DNA of 64,000 nt from Syntrophaceae bacterium. GTDB lineage: Bacteria; Desulfobacterota; Syntrophia; Syntrophales; Smithellaceae. The first letter of the stretch is position 1. Every line of letters starts with the position of its first letter. The translations under genes and the position numbers were made by a program. This document shows positions 36,118 through 46,017 of the stretch, piece after piece. The notes under the pieces were generated by a model. It was not told where the DNA came from. It did not search any database and saw only the letters and a program-made list of their open reading frames with translations. Where the stretch lies: the NCBI GenBank assembly GCA_003142535.1, contig PLMQ01000064.1, positions 188,372 through 252,371 on the forward strand. The letters run 5' to 3'.

Positions 36118-37830
36118 TTATGTCATTACAGCCGATGCTGCTTCTTCCAGTGTTGTAATCCCCTGCAATACTTTGCCGGCCGCATCTTCCCTCAGAGTTC
36201 TCAGCTTACCTGCATCTTCAGCAGCTCTGGTAATTTCCTGGCTTGGTTTTTTCTTTAAAATCATATCTTGAACCATTTCGTCATTGACTAATACTTCAAA
36301 TAAACCGGTTCTTCCTTTATAGCCGGTATTTTTACATTGATAACAACCCTTACCGCGCTGAAATGAGGAATTTTTTGCTTCCTCTAATGTTATACCGAAG
36401 GCGGCAAGCGCGCTCTCCGGCGGATTATATGGCTCCTTACAGTATGGACAATTTGTCCGTACAAGTCTCTGGGCAAAAGAAACCAGTAATACGGATGATA
36501 CCAAGAAAGGTTCAATGCCCATATCAATAAAACGCGTAATAGCTCCGGCAGCATCATTTGTATGTAAGGTGCTGAGAACCCTATGCCCGGTTTGAGCCGC
36601 CTGCACGGAGATTGCCGCAGTTTCCGCATCGCGAATTTCACCAACCATAATTACATCCGGGTCCTGACGGAGAACGGAACGCAATCCGCTGGCAAAGGTC
36701 ATCCCTGCTTTTCGGTTTAATTGGATCTGTCGAATATTATTTATTCTATATTCCACAGGATCCTCCAGAGTCATGATGTTGATATCCGGCTTGTTTATTG
36801 AATTTAAGATCGCGTATAAGCTCGTGCTTTTTCCGCTTCCTGTCGGCCCCGTACTTAAAATCATGCCATAGGGCTTTTGGCTCATCTTTTCGATTTTTTC
36901 CATATCCTCGGCAACTACGCCCAAACGATCAAGCGTATAAATACCGCCGCTCATATCCAAAAGCCTTAACACTACATTTTCACCGTATATCGTGGGTATC
37001 GAGGATACACGGACATTTATTTCTTTTTTGTCCATTTTGAGAGTAAATCTTCCATCTTGAGGAATTCGTGAAACGGTTATGTCCATATTTGCCAGTATTT
37101 TTATCCTGGCAATCATGGGCAAGAAAAGATTTTTAGGAGGTGATGGTACTTCTATTAATTTGCCATCAATGCGAAAACGCAGCTGAACGGTATTTTGTTG
37201 CGGGCTCATATGAATATCACTAGCTCCATCACGCACCGCCTGAGCGAAAATAGAATTGGCCATGCGGACAACAGGTGCTTCACCCGCCATATCCTGCAAA
37301 GATGCAACCTGTATTTCTTCTCTGTCCGGTCCTTCTTCTGCCTGATCGTCGGGTAGCGAGTCAATTTCCATGTTTTCCATCATACTGCCCAAACCGGATT
37401 GCATACCATAAAGGCTATTGATGAGTTGATTGACTTCCCTTTCCGAGCAAACAACCGGTTCAACTTCAGCGTTAGTCAACACTTCAATGGAATCCATGGC
37501 ATTGATATCCAGCGGATCAACCATAGATATTGTCAGTAAACGTCCTTTTTTCTTTAAGGGCGCCAGTTGGAATTTTTGTGCAACTTCAATCGGAATTTGC
37601 CTTATTAAATTTACATCCAGCGGATAATCATCCGGATGGTATTTCTGAATTTTGAGTTGCTGGCTTAACATATCGATAATTTGCTGCTCATTAACTATCC
37701 CCTGCCTGGTCAAAAATTGACCCAGTTTCAAACCAGCCTTTTTTTGATCAATTAAGGCCTGCTGGAGCTTTTCATCCGATAAGAGTCCACTTTCTACCAG
37801 CATTTCACCTAAACGTTTCTTTACTTTCAT
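36118..37830 (-). CDS. pilB: type IV pilus assembly ATPase, MshE-type (GspE family with N-terminal MshEN domain)
   Basis: Walker A is GPTGSGKST. The tetra-Cys motif is CPYC...CYQC. The N-terminus has two tandem 24-residue RLGxxLVxxGLLxxxxLxxxLxxQ motifs. Confidence 0.9.
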   Translation of the reverse strand: MKVKKRLGEMLVESGLLSDEKLQQALIDQKKAGLKLGQFLTRQGIVNEQQIIDMLSQQLKIQKYHPDDYPLDVNLIRQIPIEVAQKFQLAPLKKKGRLLTISMVDPLDINAMDSIEVLTNAEVEPVVCSEREVNQLINSLYGMQSGLGSMMENMEIDSLPDDQAEEGPDREEIQVASLQDMAGEAPVVRMANSIFAQAVRDGASDIHMSPQQNTVQLRFRIDGKLIEVPSPPKNLFLPMIARIKILANMDITVSRIPQDGRFTLKMDKKEINVRVSSIPTIYGENVVLRLLDMSGGIYTLDRLGVVAEDMEKIEKMSQKPYGMILSTGPTGSGKSTSLYAILNSINKPDINIMTLEDPVEYRINNIRQIQLNRKAGMTFASGLRSVLRQDPDVIMVGEIRDAETAAISVQAAQTGHRVLSTLHTNDAAGAITRFIDMGIEPFLVSSVLLVSFAQRLVRTNCPYCKEPYNPPESALAAFGITLEEAKNSSFQRGKGCYQCKNTGYKGRTGLFEVLVNDEMVQDMILKKKPSQEITRAAEDAGKLRTLREDAAGKVLQGITTLEEAASAVMT

Positions 37831-37847
37831 TTATCCTCCGAATATTT

Positions 37848-39458
37848 CTACTCATTACGCTTGAAAACGTGACTGTTGAAAACAACTATATCAGCATCCC
37901 ACCTGGATATTATTTTCGTTTTTGTCTTGATTGCCGCAGATAATTTATTTATTTTTTCCTGAGCTGACTGTGGATTATCAAAGTATTCATCAACAACTAC
38001 CGCGAATGTCATTCCTTCTTTTTCATTCCAGTACGGGAAAAATACAGATTTGGGAATTTTTCGTTTATGGGAATTTTCCAAAAAAAAGCGATAAATATCT
38101 TCCATAGCTTTCCCGTTTTCTATCTGAATAAAATATCTTCCTTCTTTTATTGTCTTTACGCTTGTCGGAATTGATGGAAAATTAAGAATAGTTCCGGCTA
38201 TAATTTTACCAGATTCATGAATTTGCTGATTCGCCAATATTACCGCCTGGGTGGTTTTTATGCCTGATCTTCCGTATATATTTTGTAATATCTTGGAAAG
38301 AGTTACTCCCTGTTCTATTCTCAATCTACCCATATATTCAGGCATCTTTATATCATCAACATTATTATCTACATTATCTACCTGAAGAATTGCCAAATCA
38401 GGAATTGCCAGTGAAATTGCATTTTCCGGTGATATAGATGCTTGCGGAATAGAATGTGTCTGAATAGGATTCGTCTCTATATATTCAGAATTATGCTTAA
38501 TTACAATCGCCTGTTTATAGGCATTGGCATTATTATATTGTAGGATGGCCGCTGTTATCGTGATACCCACCGCAATTAAGATTAAAATACTGACCACCGC
38601 CCATTTAATTTTTTTGAATGACGGTGCAAACATTGCGTCGCGGCAGCTTCTTACCAGAAAAAAACCGGCTTTCTTTCTCCCGCGAATAATCAATGCCAAA
38701 ATTACCTGATGACACAGAGAAACGACCCTGCGGGGGTAACCATTAGTTGTGAGATAAACGGCCAATAATGCCCAAAAGCTAAACAGCGCAGACGCTTTTT
38801 CCAAATCTCTGGCTACACTAATTCGGTAATTGATCATTGCCCTTGTTTGTTGGAAATTGAGCGGTTTTAAATAATAAAGAGTATTAATTCGATCCGAGAG
38901 ATTGGAGCGGTTATGGAGAATTTTTTTAAATTCTTTTTGGGCAAATATAATTATTTGCAGCAACTTGAAATTGTTCGTTTCATAATTAAGAAATTCGCGG
39001 AGAATTTCCAGGCAATCTTCCGGAATTTTCTGTCCTTCATCAATAATTAAAACAATTATCTTTTCTTCATTTACGCCTTTGCTGAATAAATAATTCTTAA
39101 TCCTCTCCTTTAATTGCCATTCACTTTCCTGATCTTCAACATCTTTGATCCCCAAGAGCAGAGATGTTGTTTGCAGAAATTCAGTAGAATTATTAAATGA
39201 CGGATCAAGTAAAAGATGCGTCTCGATTTCCTGAGAATCATCAGTAGTATAAGAAAGTTGCTGGATAAGCTTGCGGCATAAAGTGGTTTTACCGGTACCT
39301 ACATCGCCAATTACTACATTTAAGCCGCGGCGCAACCTGACAGCCAGTTCCAGTTTCTGTAAACATCCAATGTGTTTTGGTGATTCAAAAAAAAATTCGG
39401 GCTCCGGCGAGTTGGAAAATGGCTCCTTTTTCAAATTAAGAATATTGTAATATTCCAT
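37848..39458 (-). CDS. ExeA/MshM-like AAA ATPase fused to a TM segment and LysM-like and SPOR-like periplasmic domains
   Basis: The N-terminus reads EPFSNSPEPEFFFESPKHIGCLQKLELAV...VIGDVGTGKTTLCRKL. The TM segment is WAVVSILILIAVGITITAAIL. The LysM-like stretch is GVTLSKILQNIYG...IIAGTILNFPSIP. The SPOR-like tail is RYFIQIENGK...FAVVVDEYFDNPQSAQEKINKL. Confidence 0.7.
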   Translation of the reverse strand: MEYYNILNLKKEPFSNSPEPEFFFESPKHIGCLQKLELAVRLRRGLNVVIGDVGTGKTTLCRKLIQQLSYTTDDSQEIETHLLLDPSFNNSTEFLQTTSLLLGIKDVEDQESEWQLKERIKNYLFSKGVNEEKIIVLIIDEGQKIPEDCLEILREFLNYETNNFKLLQIIIFAQKEFKKILHNRSNLSDRINTLYYLKPLNFQQTRAMINYRISVARDLEKASALFSFWALLAVYLTTNGYPRRVVSLCHQVILALIIRGRKKAGFFLVRSCRDAMFAPSFKKIKWAVVSILILIAVGITITAAILQYNNANAYKQAIVIKHNSEYIETNPIQTHSIPQASISPENAISLAIPDLAILQVDNVDNNVDDIKMPEYMGRLRIEQGVTLSKILQNIYGRSGIKTTQAVILANQQIHESGKIIAGTILNFPSIPTSVKTIKEGRYFIQIENGKAMEDIYRFFLENSHKRKIPKSVFFPYWNEKEGMTFAVVVDEYFDNPQSAQEKINKLSAAIKTKTKIISRWDADIVVFNSHVFKRNE

Positions 39459-39493
39459 TTTATTCCTATTTCGCTGGCGTATCGAACATTTCT

Positions 39494-41089
39494 TTAATTA
39501 ACTTTTTTTTCAGGTTCTTTTTGATTTACTTCAGCGTCCTTTTTTGACGATGTTCCTTCTACAATCGGTGCAGCATTGCTCTGGCTATTACTGCTTACTT
39601 CTAAAATATGCGGTGTTATGAATATAAGAACCTCCTCCATTTTATCATCCTTGCTGTCCGCTTTAAAAACCCATCCCAAAATAGGGATATCTTTTAACCC
39701 TGGCCATCCGGTATTCCCATCCGCTCTGGTTTGTTTGGTTAAACCGGAAATAACAATTGTTTCGCCATCTTTAACAATCAAGTTCGTTTCTGTTTTCTTT
39801 TTGATAATATAAGGATCTCCCAAGCTGTCTTTCCTTGTCAGATCCACTTCATCCTTTTTCACAGAAATTTTCATTTTTAAATTTTTACCGTCAATTACAT
39901 GCGGCGTGATTTCCAAACGCAAACTGACATCTTCAAAGTTGGTAGTATAAGTTGGGACGGTACTGGAAGTACCGGATTGAACTGTTACATAGGGAACTTT
40001 TTCGCCATTTTCCGTATACGCTAATTGGTTGTCGAGCGTTGTAATGGAAGGACTGGAGAGAATATTTAACTTACTATCTTTTTGCAGGGCCTGCAATTGT
40101 ACTTCTAATAAATTTCCGCCGATTGTTCCAAACAACAAAGCTAAAGAACCGGAAGCAGCCGCTGATAAATTAGCGGCTGGAAAATTCACTCCCAATCCGC
40201 TGCCTCCTATACCCACAGGAGAACCGGTACCACCGGTCGCTGTATAATCTCCAGTATTATACTTTCCACCCCACATAATTCCTAAATCCCGGGCAACTTC
40301 TTTAGTTGTTTCCACAATATTGGCTTTGATTAAAATCTGCGGCGTCGGTTTATCCAGCTTTTCAATAATAGGCAGCATCCTATTTAAGTCTTCACGTATT
40401 GCAGAAATAACCAATGAATTGTTGTGTTCATAATGCTTGACCGAACCGCGAGGTTTTCCTTCCTTATCTTTTGTTAAGAAATCCTGAAGTGTATCAGCGA
40501 GTTTTTTTGCATCGGCATAATCAATGCTGATTACTACTGGCTGTAAAATCGGTTCAACCCATTGAATATCACGCCTACTGATTTTTTGTTTTAAATCCTG
40601 ATCCATGTCCTCTATGGTCAGAACGCGGATAATATCGCCTTCCCAGATGAAAGATAGGCCGTATGTCCGCAATAATCCTGTAAATGCCTGCCCCCAGGGA
40701 ACGTTCTTAAAATCAACGTTAATTTCGCCCTTTAAATCATTTTTCACCAGAATATTTAAATCTACGGATCTGGCTAATGCCCGGAGCACAGATTTTAATT
40801 CTACCTGCCTCATGGTTAAATTTATCAGCTTGGAAGGCAGCTTTTTTGTGCCTGCCGCAGTTAAAGCGTCGGCGGCAACCTGCTTCGCCGCTAAATCTGA
40901 AACGCTAATCTTTTTAGGTTCGGCAGAAGGAGAGTGTCCTTGGGAATTCTCAGCTGCAGTATTCCATTTCTCAAAAAAAGGATCTTTCTTTGTGTTTTTT
41001 GAATTATCGGCACAACCAAAAAACAGCGATAATATGAAAACACTCAATAACGACTTAAGTACGATTTTACTAATTATAGAGCATTTCAA
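39494..41089 (-). CDS. pilQ: secretin (PilQ/MshL family), predicted lipoprotein
   Basis: Secretin domain motifs ILSSPSITTLDNQLAYTENGEKVPY and PGLKDIPILGWVF. I moved the start to the TTG at 41089, which has GGAGG 9 nt upstream. This gives the signal peptide MKCSIISKIVLKSLLSVFILSLFFGC with a lipobox. Confidence 0.85.
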   Translation of the reverse strand: MKCSIISKIVLKSLLSVFILSLFFGCADNSKNTKKDPFFEKWNTAAENSQGHSPSAEPKKISVSDLAAKQVAADALTAAGTKKLPSKLINLTMRQVELKSVLRALARSVDLNILVKNDLKGEINVDFKNVPWGQAFTGLLRTYGLSFIWEGDIIRVLTIEDMDQDLKQKISRRDIQWVEPILQPVVISIDYADAKKLADTLQDFLTKDKEGKPRGSVKHYEHNNSLVISAIREDLNRMLPIIEKLDKPTPQILIKANIVETTKEVARDLGIMWGGKYNTGDYTATGGTGSPVGIGGSGLGVNFPAANLSAAASGSLALLFGTIGGNLLEVQLQALQKDSKLNILSSPSITTLDNQLAYTENGEKVPYVTVQSGTSSTVPTYTTNFEDVSLRLEITPHVIDGKNLKMKISVKKDEVDLTRKDSLGDPYIIKKKTETNLIVKDGETIVISGLTKQTRADGNTGWPGLKDIPILGWVFKADSKDDKMEEVLIFITPHILEVSSNSQSNAAPIVEGTSSKKDAEVNQKEPEKKVN

Positions 41090-41117
41090 GGCTATAACCC
41101 TCCAATGCTGATTTTTT

Positions 41118-41618
41118 TTATTCCTGTATTGGTATTGATACTTCACTCCCCGTATTTTTATTAAATATAACAACTTTTGATGATGTTATATTCTTTAAAA
41201 AATAACCTGCCAATTCCAATTGTTCACCGAGACCATATTCCACGCCATTAATCACAGCCATTTTCTTTTTTCCGGCATCAACATAACCGGAATAAATAAT
41301 TTTTACAGCAGACGCCTTTCCGCCGGCTGCTCCCTCGTTCGCAGAGTATTCCTGGTATGAGCTTTTTTCCATAAAAGGGTTGCTTTTCCATTCAGCTTCC
41401 GCCCTGCTGATTATGTATGAATCGACTCCCGCTGCTGAATCCTTTGCTAATTCATTTGTTAACCCGGTCACAAATGAATTGATTTCCACGGTATCACTTT
41501 TTGTATTATCTGCCGATTTTTTGGCCGAGGAAGCAATAAAATATTCATATGCTCCATACAGAACAAATACTACCATCAAAACCAAAATTATAATCTGTCT
41601 TTTATTTAACTTTGCCAT
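41118..41618 (-). CDS. PilP/MshK-like pilus assembly protein
   Basis: N-terminal TM segment. The C-terminal beta domain pattern is IYSGYVDAGKKKMAVINGVEYGLGEQLELAGYFLKNITSSKVVI. It lies directly upstream of the secretin gene. Confidence 0.55.
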   Translation of the reverse strand: MAKLNKRQIIILVLMVVFVLYGAYEYFIASSAKKSADNTKSDTVEINSFVTGLTNELAKDSAAGVDSYIISRAEAEWKSNPFMEKSSYQEYSANEGAAGGKASAVKIIYSGYVDAGKKKMAVINGVEYGLGEQLELAGYFLKNITSSKVVIFNKNTGSEVSIPIQE

Positions 41619-41634
41619 ATAAGCCTTTTATCAG

Positions 41635-42171
41635 TTACTGACTTATTGCTATCCATATTTTAATTTTATATTCCATTGTGTCCGAATTTTGTTGAATACG
41701 AATTTCCTCAATTCTATCGACATAAGAAATACTGCTCAATCCGATTAACATTTTTCTCAGGTTGACAAATTCTCCTTTAATCACTGCATTGTGTAAAAGA
41801 TATGAGGAAGAATTAGCCAGCGAAGTCAAATCCGGCGTCAGCGATACAGACATTAATCCTGACTTGCGAGCTGCATCTTTAAATGCTTCCTGAAATTTAT
41901 TGGCCTCCCGAAGAGGAAGAACTGTTTTAGAGGGATTAGGCAATACCACCAATTCCTTATTATCAATTGATTTAATAAGAGTTGTATAAATAGCCCCCAA
42001 ACCTTTTTGCTCTTCAATCTGGTATTGCAATTTTTTGATATCATTATTTACATTAATGTTCGACCGGTATAATGGAACAATTCCGACAAGCAGGGTAAGC
42101 AATACAATACCCGAACAAATTATGAGGTATTTTACACTCTTTTCGGGAATATTAATTTTAAACTTATTCAT
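41635..42171 (-). CDS. pilO: PilO/MshJ-like pilus assembly protein
   Basis: N-terminal TM segment, then a coiled segment (NNDIKKLQYQIEEQKG). Size and position match PilO. Confidence 0.55.
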   Translation of the reverse strand: MNKFKINIPEKSVKYLIICSGIVLLTLLVGIVPLYRSNINVNNDIKKLQYQIEEQKGLGAIYTTLIKSIDNKELVVLPNPSKTVLPLREANKFQEAFKDAARKSGLMSVSLTPDLTSLANSSSYLLHNAVIKGEFVNLRKMLIGLSSISYVDRIEEIRIQQNSDTMEYKIKIWIAISQ

Positions 42172-42173
42172 AA

Positions 42174-44018
42174 CTATTTGCCTGTCTTCGCAATTAAAGA
42201 AAATTGAAGAGCTTCACTTTTCTTAAAGGCTGCAATATTGCTCTTTTGCACTGATACCTGATGAAGCATGGGTGAATTCTCTAATTTCATTACATACTGT
42301 GCTAAATACGACTCCAGCATATTACGGTCACCGACAATTAATCCTTCTAAGGCGATTCCTTCACTGTCATCTTTTGTTGATTTATCGGTCTTTTCTTTAG
42401 CGGTATAATTTCCCGCATTTATCTTCAGATTAATTAATTTAATATTTTCCGGTGTCAGGGCTGATATTTCTCCAATGACAGATATCCCTAAATATCTTTG
42501 TGCATATTGCCGGAATACCTGCCTGCGCATCTTTACTTCGTTTGCCAATTTCGAAATTTTATCGGTCGATAAAATCGGATTGTATAATGCTAAGACCTGC
42601 TGCTGTTTTGCTCTTCTTTTACTTAAATTATCATACTCCAGACTTTGATAAATTAATGCCGCTATACAGACAATCATTGCTGCGGCAAACAAAGCAAAAA
42701 TCACCCTGTTGATTTTTTTAATGCTTATTTCTTTATTTTTTTCACGATAAGTAAATATAGCATTTGGTGTACGGTAATTATCGGCAAGAGAAAGACCCAA
42801 CGCGGGTACAAGAGACATTTTTTCCGACATACTAATAGATTCGACAGATTTATTTGTTGCCTGCTGCCTGAAGGGATCGAACGCTTCACTTTTAATACCT
42901 AACTGATCACTGATATAATAAATAATTGGTTCATAATAATTCATTGTTGATGAAACATATATTGTTTCAACTTTTTCGTTTCCACTAGATGTCGCATAAT
43001 ACTCCAATGTTCTTTCTATCTGGCGGGCCAGCCTTTCTAAGGCCGGAAAAATCATTTCGAGGATTTCATCTTCTTTTAAACCATAGCCGGCGTCAGTCTC
43101 TTTCAACTTTTCCGAATCCGGACTTAAGCTATAAAGTATTTTTTGTGCTTCTTCTTTATTAAGTCGTAAATTACCTGTTTTTTCCAAGATTGATTCACTA
43201 ATTGCTTCTATCATGCTGGTGGTACCGGTTTTAATACCTCTGGTCATGACAAGATTGTCTTTGCTATAAATGTCTATGCGGGAATATTCATGGCCTATAA
43301 ATAATGAAGCTATTGAAGATTCGCCGGTCTGCACCCATTGAGTACGAAAAATATTTTGAATGGCAAATGAAGCAATTGTAACTCCTGTCAAAGTCACTCC
43401 AATTGCCGAGAATAAATTTTTAACTTTTTCGATTTCCGCTTTTGGCGCCGTATAAACCATGACGGAATACTTACGTATCCCCTGGTCCACTATCTCGCCC
43501 TGAAGCTCATAATCAAATATAAAATCTTTTTCATTAATCGGATTTTCTTTTTTTGCTGTCCAATATATGGCATTTTCCAATTGTTTTTTTTGAACTAGAG
43601 GAACTTTAATGTGATGGACGTTGACTTCAGCCGCCGCAATCATTGTCCAGATATTGCAATTTGCTACATTTCCGCAAAATGAAGTTATAGAAGATTTTAA
43701 TATCCCATTGAATTCCGGTGATTCTTTTACGGTTTGTTCACTATACTTGATAGCCCGTTGATCAATTAATATCGGACTGCCGTCGGAAGACTTAATTGTT
43801 TTGGCCAGCCGGATATATTCCTGCCCAATATCAACACCTACAGTATAATTTTTCTTATCCTTGATGATTTTATGAATATTAACATTTGTTTTAGAAACAG
43901 AAGGTCGCTTACGTAAAGCTACGTGGCTTGCAGCAGTTGATTCTATAGTTTCTTCATGTTTGCCACGAATTACATTTAGAAGTTTTTCCGTGGAATTAAT
44001 ATCTTTTTTACTTGCCAA
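42174..44018 (-). CDS. pilM: PilM-like actin-fold ATPase fused to a PilN-like TM/coiled-coil domain (MshI-like)
   Basis: YTVGVDIGQEYIRLAKT is the PilM phosphate-1-like motif. The TM segment VIFALFAAAMIVCIAALIY lies near residue 435, followed by ~160 aa. TTG start. Confidence 0.7.
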   Translation of the reverse strand: MASKKDINSTEKLLNVIRGKHEETIESTAASHVALRKRPSVSKTNVNIHKIIKDKKNYTVGVDIGQEYIRLAKTIKSSDGSPILIDQRAIKYSEQTVKESPEFNGILKSSITSFCGNVANCNIWTMIAAAEVNVHHIKVPLVQKKQLENAIYWTAKKENPINEKDFIFDYELQGEIVDQGIRKYSVMVYTAPKAEIEKVKNLFSAIGVTLTGVTIASFAIQNIFRTQWVQTGESSIASLFIGHEYSRIDIYSKDNLVMTRGIKTGTTSMIEAISESILEKTGNLRLNKEEAQKILYSLSPDSEKLKETDAGYGLKEDEILEMIFPALERLARQIERTLEYYATSSGNEKVETIYVSSTMNYYEPIIYYISDQLGIKSEAFDPFRQQATNKSVESISMSEKMSLVPALGLSLADNYRTPNAIFTYREKNKEISIKKINRVIFALFAAAMIVCIAALIYQSLEYDNLSKRRAKQQQVLALYNPILSTDKISKLANEVKMRRQVFRQYAQRYLGISVIGEISALTPENIKLINLKINAGNYTAKEKTDKSTKDDSEGIALEGLIVGDRNMLESYLAQYVMKLENSPMLHQVSVQKSNIAAFKKSEALQFSLIAKTGK

Positions 44019-44328
44019 AAAACTGCTCCTTTTTTTACTTTATATTCTATTTTATTAAGTTTATCAATATATTTTATTAATTTCAACAAAATAAATGCAT
44101 TGAACTCCATAAAATGGAGTCATTTTTATCTTCTGCAATATTAATATATTATGTATTTTTGATTTAATGATTATTTTTGTACAAGGTGACCTGATTTTAT
44201 TGTTAGAATATTCAGTTTGGTCATAAGTAAATATTATTAAAAACCTCATTGCAATTAAAAAACTTGAATGAGTTTCTGTTTCTTGCTAAGAGAAAAAATA
44301 TTATTTAACCTTGAGGTATGTCTGCTAA

Positions 44329-45627
44329 ATGATCATTAATTATTTTCTAAGATCTTTCGTAGCAATTATTTTGCTTATATTTTTATTTCCCAATAATTCA
44401 TATTCCAGCAGTTCATCGCGCTCAGAGAGTATTCCGGATTCGATAATTTCTATGTCTTCCGGCTATGTGATTGTTGTTGATAAACAATATCAGAAATTTT
44501 ATGTATTCCAAAAAAACAATACATTTTCCAAGGTTTTTGAAGCACCCTGCTCTACCGGTAAAAATCCAGGAGCTAAAAATATATCCGGCGATGCGAAGAC
44601 CCCTAACGGAATTTTCTTTGTAACAAAAATCAGGCGTAATACCGGGCTGTCTGAAACTTATGGATCTCTGGCTTTTCCTCTCGATTACCCCACGCTTGCA
44701 GATAAAAGGGCGGGAAGGAACGGTAACAACATCTGGATTCACGGAACAACCAAACCATTAACGCCTCTACAATCCAACGGCTGTGTTGTATTACTTGACA
44801 GTGATTTAAAGCGGCTTACCGATTTAATTTATTTCAACAAGACTCCTGTCCTTATCCAGGAATCCGTTAACTGGATTTCACAAAATCAAACGTCATCTTC
44901 GAAAGAAGAATTAGAACTAATTTTGCTATCCTGGAATAAATCTTTTATTGACGGGGATATAAAAAATCTTGATTCTTTATACTTGCCCGGTGCAGAGCTT
45001 AAAGGAAAAAAAAGAGACGACATATTTAATAAGCTGAAATTATCAAAGCCATTAAATAAACATTTTTTACTGCAACCGCGGGACGTATCTATTTTAAGAC
45101 AGGATAATACAGCTGTAATAATGTTCGACCAGATATTTGCCGTCAACAACGATAATTCATTTCAAGGTTTTTATAATAAGCTTATCCTGGAACGCATCAA
45201 TAATAAATGGTATATTGTAGATGACGCGGCAGCATCGTCAATTTCCGATAAGAAGCTCGCTCCAGCTAATATCAACCGGGAAGAAACTAAAACAGATTCC
45301 AACAATTCAATAAATGAGTTTGTAAATAAATGGGTAAATAGCTGGAAATCAGGCGATATGAAAAGTTATCGCAGCTGTTACGCGTCCAATTTTAAATCAA
45401 AAAACATGAATTTGAATGACTGGGTAAATCATAAAAATGATGTGCGTAAACGCAGTAAGAATATCAAGATTAGTATAGATAATCTGAACATAAAGTCAGA
45501 TGGAAATAATGCAACTGCATCATTTGTCCAATATTACAGCTCATCCATTTTAAAAAGCAGAAGTTCCAAGAGGCTGGAATTAAAAAAGATAGCGGGTGAA
45601 TGGAAAATAATCAAAGAAACTACCTGA
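44329..45627 (+). CDS. L,D-transpeptidase (YkuD domain) with two C-terminal NTF2/SnoaL-like repeats
   Basis: It has a signal peptide. The catalytic pattern is NIWIHGT...SNGCVVL. The C-terminal repeats begin LLSWNKSFIDGD and VNKWVNSWKSGD. Confidence 0.8.
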   Translation: MIINYFLRSFVAIILLIFLFPNNSYSSSSSRSESIPDSIISMSSGYVIVVDKQYQKFYVFQKNNTFSKVFEAPCSTGKNPGAKNISGDAKTPNGIFFVTKIRRNTGLSETYGSLAFPLDYPTLADKRAGRNGNNIWIHGTTKPLTPLQSNGCVVLLDSDLKRLTDLIYFNKTPVLIQESVNWISQNQTSSSKEELELILLSWNKSFIDGDIKNLDSLYLPGAELKGKKRDDIFNKLKLSKPLNKHFLLQPRDVSILRQDNTAVIMFDQIFAVNNDNSFQGFYNKLILERINNKWYIVDDAAASSISDKKLAPANINREETKTDSNNSINEFVNKWVNSWKSGDMKSYRSCYASNFKSKNMNLNDWVNHKNDVRKRSKNIKISIDNLNIKSDGNNATASFVQYYSSSILKSRSSKRLELKKIAGEWKIIKETT

Positions 45628-45769
45628 AATTTTCTATTGATTTCTTTTTTAGTAGTTTTCATATCCGCTGATTATATATCTGCTTGTGCCTATTAACATC
45701 TACAAAATCACGGGTATGAATCCCAAAGCAAGCTGCGGTATATTATATCCCTAGCTTATACGGGGAGAG

Positions 45770-45898
45770 CTTTGCACAACCCCTCTAATCGTCATACCGG
45801 CGAAGGCCGGTATCCAGGAAACACTTGATAATACTGGATTCCGGTTTTCACCGGAATGACAAAATTCGTGGTTCTATACAGTTGTGCAAAGGTCTCAC
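45770..45898. repeat. composite hairpin repeat unit U1
   Basis: An 11 bp perfect inverted repeat ctttgcacaac/gttgtgcaaag encloses copy 2 of the palindromic repeat (45790-45860). It is followed by gtctcac. Confidence 0.7.
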
Positions 45899-45916
45899 GG
45901 GATAATTCGACCAGCT

Positions 45917-46010
45917 AACTTCAGTTTATGACCTTTAGGTTACTTGTGACCTCTTGTCACCTTCAGGTGGTTAGGTTGCGCACTTTGTTTCTGAAGTTTG
46001 GGTCTCATTA
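45917..46010. repeat. hairpin repeat unit U2 (diverged relative of U3/U4)
   Basis: The inverted repeat aacttcag/ctgaagtt encloses the gacctcttgtcaccttcaggtggttaggtt module. It ends tgggtctcatta. Confidence 0.6.
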
Positions 46011-46017
46011 CAACTTG

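Noticed and set aside
45770-45898. Integron attC-like site (inverted core sites ending ...cacAAC / GTTgtg...)
   Set aside because: Only this one unit loosely resembles RYYYAAC/GTTRRRY. The other units have unrelated stems. There is no intI gene, no attI site and no cassette ORFs.
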